A DNA stretch of 64,000 nt from Armatimonadota bacterium (GTDB taxonomy: Bacteria > Armatimonadota > SYMT01), in assembly GCA_041690135.1 (NCBI GenBank), contig JAWLHY010000003.1:544001-608000 (forward strand). Direction: 5' to 3'. The position numbers and the translations under genes are program-made. Under the pieces are notes generated by a model that was given only the letters and a program-made list of their open reading frames with translations, was not told where the DNA came from and did not search any database. Below are positions 58,810 to 64,000 of this stretch, in pieces; the first letter of the stretch is position 1, and each line of letters opens with the position of its first letter.

Positions 58810-59049
58810 TCAACCCGGCATCCGAAGCCGCGCCTCCTCGCCCATTTCGAAGGCGTGGCACTCGCGCAGCCTGGACAGCGCGCTCTGCAAATCTGTGAAG
58901 TCCACCGCCGCGGAGAACCGCTGGGCCCGGTCGAGCATCCGCAGCAGTGGTTGAGGATTTCGCTCACGCGAAAGCGCCCGGAGAGCGATGAGGTAGTCCT
59001 CACGATACGCAGTGGGGATGAGAACTCGCCGTTCGCCACCGGCAATCAA
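58810..59049 (-). pseudogene. C-terminal remnant of a Fic-family protein
   Basis: RVLIPTAYREDYLIALRALSR...HAFE; no Fic catalytic motif upstream. Confidence 0.55.
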
Positions 59050-59248
59050 CTCTGCCTTCGCCCTGTCTTGCGGCTCGGGAGACGAGCGTCGTGAGCTCGG
59101 ATGAACTCACAAACACTTCCGGGAGATGGCGCAGCCGATTTTGTGCCGTATAAGTGCGCGGAATCGCCTGCGACGCCGGAAACGTGCAACCTAACTCGCT
59201 GGTATGCCAGAATCATACAACGTAAACATGGGTGCTGCGAGAGTGCTC

Positions 59249-59421
59249 TGTCCATCCGCCGCTTCGTTGTCCACGGCTTGGACGAGGGCGCGCATGTCGG
59301 CGATGGAATAAGCCAGGCCGGGGCCGGGACCGCCGACCATCTGCGGGATGTGGTCCCAGATGACGCAGCCGTGGTAGTCCAAGGCTCGCAACGCCTGCAT
59401 CACGCGGTGCATTTCCTGGTA
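59249..59421 (-). pseudogene. Diverged duplicate of the 3' end of the mannonate dehydratase gene
   Basis: Ungapped match to 59852-60024 (offset 603): DHIPQMVGGPGPGLAYSIA.MRALVQAV.NEAADG. Confidence 0.85.
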
Positions 59422-59453
59422 TGCGAAGCAGGTCACTTACGGTGGGATGCGCG

Positions 59454-59858
59454 TCACCAACCGCACTCGGGATACTCCGACTTGATTCGCTCCACCTCTC
59501 CCCGTGCAAGCCATTTCCACAGTTGGAGCAAAGTCCGGCGATCAACGTCGACAACCAGCGAGGCTAACAGTTCTTCGTAATCCTGATCCGCATACTTCTC
59601 GAGAGTGGCCGTCTCATCCCGGCTCCCCGTGATGATGTACATCGGACCTTCATCGAAACCGTAGCGGAGCCAGGCGTCTGGATGTTCTTCGTAGTCTCCT
59701 TCTTCCATGCCTTCGAGGTCTTCGTCGAACAACTCGTCAACGGCTCGTGATAAGTCGGCATCCGAGGGGTCGGCTGTGTCGCCCCCATACCTCTCCGCGA
59801 GAATGACCCAACCCTTTTGATCACCCAAGGCAGCTCCTTTCAGGGCGGAAGTGCCCAT
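59454..59858 (-). CDS. Small acidic hypothetical protein (immunity-like)
   Basis: RYGG..PS, EEHPDAWL, LLQLWKWLARGEVE; start codon uncertain. Confidence 0.6.
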   Translation of the reverse strand: MGTSALKGAALGDQKGWVILAERYGGDTADPSDADLSRAVDELFDEDLEGMEEGDYEEHPDAWLRYGFDEGPMYIITGSRDETATLEKYADQDYEELLASLVVDVDRRTLLQLWKWLARGEVERIKSEYPECGW

Positions 59859-60909
59859 CGGCAGCCTCGTTGTTCACGGCCTGGACCAGGGCGCGCATGT
59901 AGGCGATGGAATACGCCAGGCCGGGGCCGGGACCGCCGACCATCTGCGGGATGTGGTCCGGGATGATGCAGCCGTCGTACTCCACGGCCCGCAGCACCTG
60001 CATCACCCGATGCATATCCTGGTAGCCGTCGTCGATGAAGGTCTCCTGCCACGGCTCCGGCATGGGGTTGCTGACGTTGCGGAAGTGGACCTTGAACAGC
60101 TTGCCGCGCTCCCCGAAGTAGCGGACCGCCTCGACCACGTCGCAGCCCATGCCGATCTTGCCGCCTTCGAGCCAGCAGCCGACGCAGAGGCAGACGCCGA
60201 AGTTGGGGCTGTCCGCGATCTCCAGCGCGCGCCGGTAGCCGTCGAAGTTGCCGAAGATGCAGCGCGGCACGCCGCCCAGGGCGTAGACCGGCGGGTCATC
60301 CGGGTGGAAGCCGATGTAGACGCCCTCTTCCTCGGCCACGTGCATCACCTTCCGGATGAAGTAGGCGTAGTTGTCCCACAACTCGTCTTCGCTGTACTCC
60401 CGGCCATGGGTGAGCTCCCCTTCGTAGACCTTGCCGTTCCAGTGGCCCTTCGCCTGGGAGATGTCCAATTGCCGGGCGCGGACCCCGCCCCGGCCCGCGG
60501 TGTGGCTGGTGGTCCAGATCCCGTTCCCCATGTGGGCATAGGTGTGGTAGTGGACTCCCGCGGCGCCGAGCATCCGCAGGAAGTTGCAGAAGTCCTCGAT
60601 CTTCTCGTCGCGGCCCGACAGGTTCAGGGTGATCTGCTCCACGTTGTGCACGTCGTGCCGGGCGATGCGGTAGATCTGCATTCCGTAATCCGCCAGCCGC
60701 CGGGCGAACTCCCGGTAGCGTTCCACCGTGTGGTCGGCGGGGTTCGCCACGTTGAGCATCGCCCACTCGACCCCAAGCTGCTGCAGCAGGAGCAGCTCGT
60801 CGTCAGTCGCGTCGGAGGAGACGTAGGTCCCGATCTGGATGCCGGGCCGGGAGCCGAAGTACCCGGGCACCGCGCGCAGGGGATAGGAACCTGTTTGTGT
60901 GTCAGTCAT
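59821..60909 (-). CDS. Mannonate dehydratase (UxuA) family protein
   Basis: LWDNYAYF, AEEEGV.IGFHPDDPP, VHFRNV, ETFIDDG, PDHIP. Confidence 0.85.
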   Translation of the reverse strand: MTDTQTGSYPLRAVPGYFGSRPGIQIGTYVSSDATDDELLLLQQLGVEWAMLNVANPADHTVERYREFARRLADYGMQIYRIARHDVHNVEQITLNLSGRDEKIEDFCNFLRMLGAAGVHYHTYAHMGNGIWTTSHTAGRGGVRARQLDISQAKGHWNGKVYEGELTHGREYSEDELWDNYAYFIRKVMHVAEEEGVYIGFHPDDPPVYALGGVPRCIFGNFDGYRRALEIADSPNFGVCLCVGCWLEGGKIGMGCDVVEAVRYFGERGKLFKVHFRNVSNPMPEPWQETFIDDGYQDMHRVMQVLRAVEYDGCIIPDHIPQMVGGPGPGLAYSIAYMRALVQAVNNEAADGHFRPERSCLG

Positions 60910-61006
60910 CGTTGAAGATCCGGGAGTAGCTAAAGGGTAGGGGAAATAACTCGCCAATTTGATCCGGTCTTGTGGTGCACCAACCCCTTAGGGGTTTCAC
61001 ATCGCA

Positions 61007-61292
61007 GTAGCCGCGGAATTCCATTCCGTGGCGGGCACCGGTGAAGCGCGTCCGTCTCGGCCTCCAGAACTGCTCAGATGCTCCCGCGTGACCTTTGTGA
61101 AACGATAGGAACAAGGGTCCAGATGCCAGTAGTTTCTCCGAGGGCGGGCAAGGCGCCCGCCCCATTCGGCTTTTGCACCTTTACTGATCGCAGTCTCCGG
61201 CGGGCGGGACGCCCGCCCCACTCTGGTGATCGTGATCGTGATCGTGATCGTGATCGTGATCGAACTCTGGCGGGCGGGACGCCCGCGCTCCT
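61007..61292. repeat. REP cluster with a (GATCGT)n microsatellite
   Basis: GTAGCCGCGGAAT-TCC-ATTCCGTGG at 61007; two GCGGGCGGGACGCCCGC copies flanking (GATCGT)~6 at ~61228-61262. Confidence 0.75.
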
Positions 61293-61333
61293 TCTATTCG
61301 CCTCATTCGCGCTATTCGCGGATCACTCTTCCC

Positions 61334-63190
61334 CTACCGGGGCCGTTTGGCGGACTTGAGGGCGGCGATCACGTACTGGTCGATGGAGGGATACTTCACG
61401 TCCGGCGCGCCGGGATACATCACCTCGCACAGCACGCCCATTTCGCGACACCGCTCCTGCAGCTTCACCCCGAAGTTGGCGGTGTGGGTCGGGTCCTTTT
61501 CATCCTTCCCCAGGTTGGGCGGCGTGCCGAAGGTGAGGTAGACCGGCGGGTCGTCCTTCGTCACCAGCGCGTAGGGCGAGTACTCGGCGATCCAGGGCAG
61601 GATCTTCTCGCGCCCCGCCAGGAACTCGTCGAACTGCGAGATCTTCCGCGTCGGGTCGCCCTTGAAGCCGAAGGCATGGCCGCCGTAGCGGCTGTTCGGG
61701 GTCCACTCCTTCATCTGCTGCGGATCCAGCGTCGTCTGGGCGCCCGCCACGGCGGCGCACCAGAGACGCGTCGACTCCCGCGCGATCGGATCGCTGCTCT
61801 GCGGATCGGCCAGATCCGGATGGAACGCGAGCCAGAGGGAAGAGCACGCACCGGCGGAACCCCCGCTGGCGGCGATCCGCTCCTTGTCCAGGTTCCACTC
61901 CTTCGCCTTGCTCCGGACGAACTGCAGCGCGCGGGCGGCATCGTCGAGGGGCGCCTTCACCGGGGGCTGGACATCGCCCGCCTGCGAGGTAAAGCGGTAG
62001 TTGATCGAGACGACGGAGATCCCGGCATTCAGATAGGGGGTGGGGCTACCCATGCTGTGCTTGTCGCCGTTCAACCACCCGCCCCCGTGGATGAAGAAGA
62101 GCACCGGGGTGGGCTTGCCCGACTTCGCCTGGTAGAAGTCGAGCACGTTGCGCTCGTGCGGACCGTAGCGAACGTTTGCCTGGGTTGGCTTCATCGGCGG
62201 GACCGGCCAGCCTTTGAGGGTCGCAATGAGGTAGGCGGTGGTGTCCGCATGCTTCACGTCCGGGGCGCCCGGATAGACCAGCTCGCACGGGACTTCCACC
62301 TCCCGGCACTTCTCCTGAAGCCTCACGCCGTAGTTCGCGGTGTGGGTCGGGTCCCGCTGCTCCTTTCCGAGTGCGGGCGGCGCGGTGTAGGCCAGGTAGA
62401 CCGGCGGGTCATCCTTCGAGACGTGCTCGTAGGGCGAGTATTCCTTGATCCAGGGCAATACCTCCTCCCGGCGGGCCAGGAACTCCGCGAAGCGCGTGTC
62501 GCGGGACTTCAGGTCGTTGGGGTCCATGAAACCAAAGGCGTGACCGCCGTACCGGCTGTTCGGGGTCCACTCCTTGAGCTGGAGCGGGTCGAGCGAGGTC
62601 TGGGCCCCGCTCACCGCCGCGCACCAGAGACGGGTCGACTCCCGGGCCACGGGGTCCGCGCTCTTCCGGTCCGCCAGGTCCGGGTGGAAGGCCAGCCAGA
62701 GCGAAGAGCAAGCCCCCGCCGAGCCGCCGCTGGCCCCGATGCGCCGCTTGTCCAGGTTCCACTCTTTCGCCTTGCTCCGGACGAACTGCAGGGCCCGCGC
62801 CGCGTCGTGAATGGGCCACTCCACCGGCGGCTTCACCCCCGCCAGCTGCGCCTGCCAAGAATACCGGTAGTTGATGGAGACCACCGAGATCCCGGCGCTC
62901 AGATACTGCGCCACGTTGCTCACCCCACGCTTGTCGCCCGCTACCCAGCCGCCCCCGTGGATGAAGAACAGCACGGGCGTGGGCCGCCCCGACTTCGCCT
63001 GGTAGAAGTCGAGGACCTGTCGCTCGTGGGAGCCGTAGGGGACATTCTCGAACGTCGGCTTCGGCGCCGGGGAAGCGACGCCGGCGCCTGCCTGCGCGGC
63101 CTGTGCTCTGGCCGGAACGGCGCCGGTGACGGCTCCGTACAGAGTGAGGACGCCGGCGGCAGCCAGCAGGGGAAGGGCGGTGACTTTCAT
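61334..63190 (-). CDS. Secreted esterase with two tandem alpha/beta hydrolase domains
   Basis: Signal peptide; two copies each of HGGGW, GGSAG and DPTHTAN. Confidence 0.9.
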   Translation of the reverse strand: MKVTALPLLAAAGVLTLYGAVTGAVPARAQAAQAGAGVASPAPKPTFENVPYGSHERQVLDFYQAKSGRPTPVLFFIHGGGWVAGDKRGVSNVAQYLSAGISVVSINYRYSWQAQLAGVKPPVEWPIHDAARALQFVRSKAKEWNLDKRRIGASGGSAGACSSLWLAFHPDLADRKSADPVARESTRLWCAAVSGAQTSLDPLQLKEWTPNSRYGGHAFGFMDPNDLKSRDTRFAEFLARREEVLPWIKEYSPYEHVSKDDPPVYLAYTAPPALGKEQRDPTHTANYGVRLQEKCREVEVPCELVYPGAPDVKHADTTAYLIATLKGWPVPPMKPTQANVRYGPHERNVLDFYQAKSGKPTPVLFFIHGGGWLNGDKHSMGSPTPYLNAGISVVSINYRFTSQAGDVQPPVKAPLDDAARALQFVRSKAKEWNLDKERIAASGGSAGACSSLWLAFHPDLADPQSSDPIARESTRLWCAAVAGAQTTLDPQQMKEWTPNSRYGGHAFGFKGDPTRKISQFDEFLAGREKILPWIAEYSPYALVTKDDPPVYLTFGTPPNLGKDEKDPTHTANFGVKLQERCREMGVLCEVMYPGAPDVKYPSIDQYVIAALKSAKRPR

Positions 63191-63330
63191 GACGCAGGAT
63201 CCTGGGAAGAGGCAAGACGCTCCGGAAGAGGCCGGCACGGGGCACGTAAGCGACGTGACCGCGAGAAGGTGGCCGGGCGACCTCTTCCTATTATTAGCGG
63301 TCACCCGGCCTGCAACCTCTTGTCAGCGAA

Positions 63331-64000
63331 TCACCGGCGCCACGCGGGACTTGCCGCATCCCGTACCAGCAAGCGAGGTTCCCGGCCGTCGCTCCGGACC
63401 ACCCACACGTCGGTCTTTTCGCTCTCATCCGGGGACTTCGCGCGCTCGAACGCGATCCACTGCCCATCCGGGGAAATGCTGAAGGTGCGGACGTAGTCCG
63501 GAAACCGGGTCAACTGGGCCGTACGCCGCGTGGCAAAGTCGTAGCGGAAGAGATTTGACGACTCTTCGAGGAGATCCGCGCGGTGCGACCAGAGGAAGCC
63601 GGAGCCATCCGGAAGCCAGCGAAGGTCCTGGGCCAGCTGGTATCTCACCTCATCGAAGGTGACCAGTTTCTTCCCCAACTGGGCGCTGCCCTCCCGACCC
63701 TGGTAGATGCTGGAGTCCCCCTGGTCGTTGACGGTGTAGATGAGCTGATCCGCGAGCTCCGGCGTGGGGCCCCAATCCCACACCGTGGTTCCTAACGGGG
63801 CATCTTTTTTGAAGCCCAGCAATGGCTCGAACACATGACTGCCCGCCGGCAGGTTTAACGGCCAGCTCTCCAGGGTTCCGACCCCCTGGCGATAGCTGAT
63901 CCGGGAGCCATCCCGGCGCCAGACAGGGCGGTAGGCGCCGTAATACTCGATGCCGTCCCCCGATATGCCGAAATCCGGGGCTTTGATTGTCTTCCCGGCC
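63331..64000 (-). CDS. TolB/PD40-like beta-propeller protein, 5' partial
   Basis: WLPDGSGF, ISPDGQWIAF, VRSDG, SPAW. Confidence 0.75.
   Translation of the reverse strand, partial: AGKTIKAPDFGISGDGIEYYGAYRPVWRRDGSRISYRQGVGTLESWPLNLPAGSHVFEPLLGFKKDAPLGTTVWDWGPTPELADQLIYTVNDQGDSSIYQGREGSAQLGKKLVTFDEVRYQLAQDLRWLPDGSGFLWSHRADLLEESSNLFRYDFATRRTAQLTRFPDYVRTFSISPDGQWIAFERAKSPDESEKTDVWVVRSDGREPRLLVRDAASPAWRR

Noticed and set aside
1-64000. Genome-wide UGA reassignment (code 4 or 25) as the explanation for in-frame TGAs
   Set aside because: Many complete genes end in TGA, including ATGA/GTGA overlaps, and TGG is used for Trp; readthrough is only evident at Cys-type sites
1-64000. tRNA-Sec, other tRNA/rRNA genes, selA/selB/selD
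   Set aside because: None recognised by eye in this window; a covariance-model scan would be needed to exclude small RNAs

Overview
GC-rich bacterial chromosome window. The DUF1501, sulfatase, Uma2 and HAF/DUF11 gene content is reminiscent of Armatimonadota or PVC bacteria, but the taxon cannot be proven from the sequence. Left to right: an alternative complex III operon in non-canonical order (actB-C-D-F-A-E); a feoA-feoA-feoB iron uptake operon; a large secreted HAF/DUF11 protein; a sigma factor / XRE / ImmA-IrrE regulatory trio; a toxin-less array of orphan immunity-like genes with short duplicated gene ends at its junctions; a deoxy-sugar/sulfatase catabolic region; and a ~12.5 kb envelope metal/redox island (45.2-57.8 kb). 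The main discovery is in that island. Three genes that the ORF track splits at TGA continue in frame, with TGA at a conserved Cys position or in a CxxC-spaced pair: a rhodanese (catalytic VVVY-U), an exported HMA-domain protein (GAT-U-AT-U in place of GMTCxxC), and an exported YHS + beta-barrel protein (S-U-PS-U-P). Each TGA site is followed by a SECIS-like hairpin. Both UxxU genes lie downstream of paralogous Cys-rich leader ORFs ending in RGPP/RAPP ribosome-arrest-type motifs, next to a CysL-like LysR regulator. This looks like a hidden, clustered di-selenocysteine metal-handling system. Sec machinery is not in the window, so Sec decoding is inferred, not shown. Family assignments are from motif recognition only; no searches were run.
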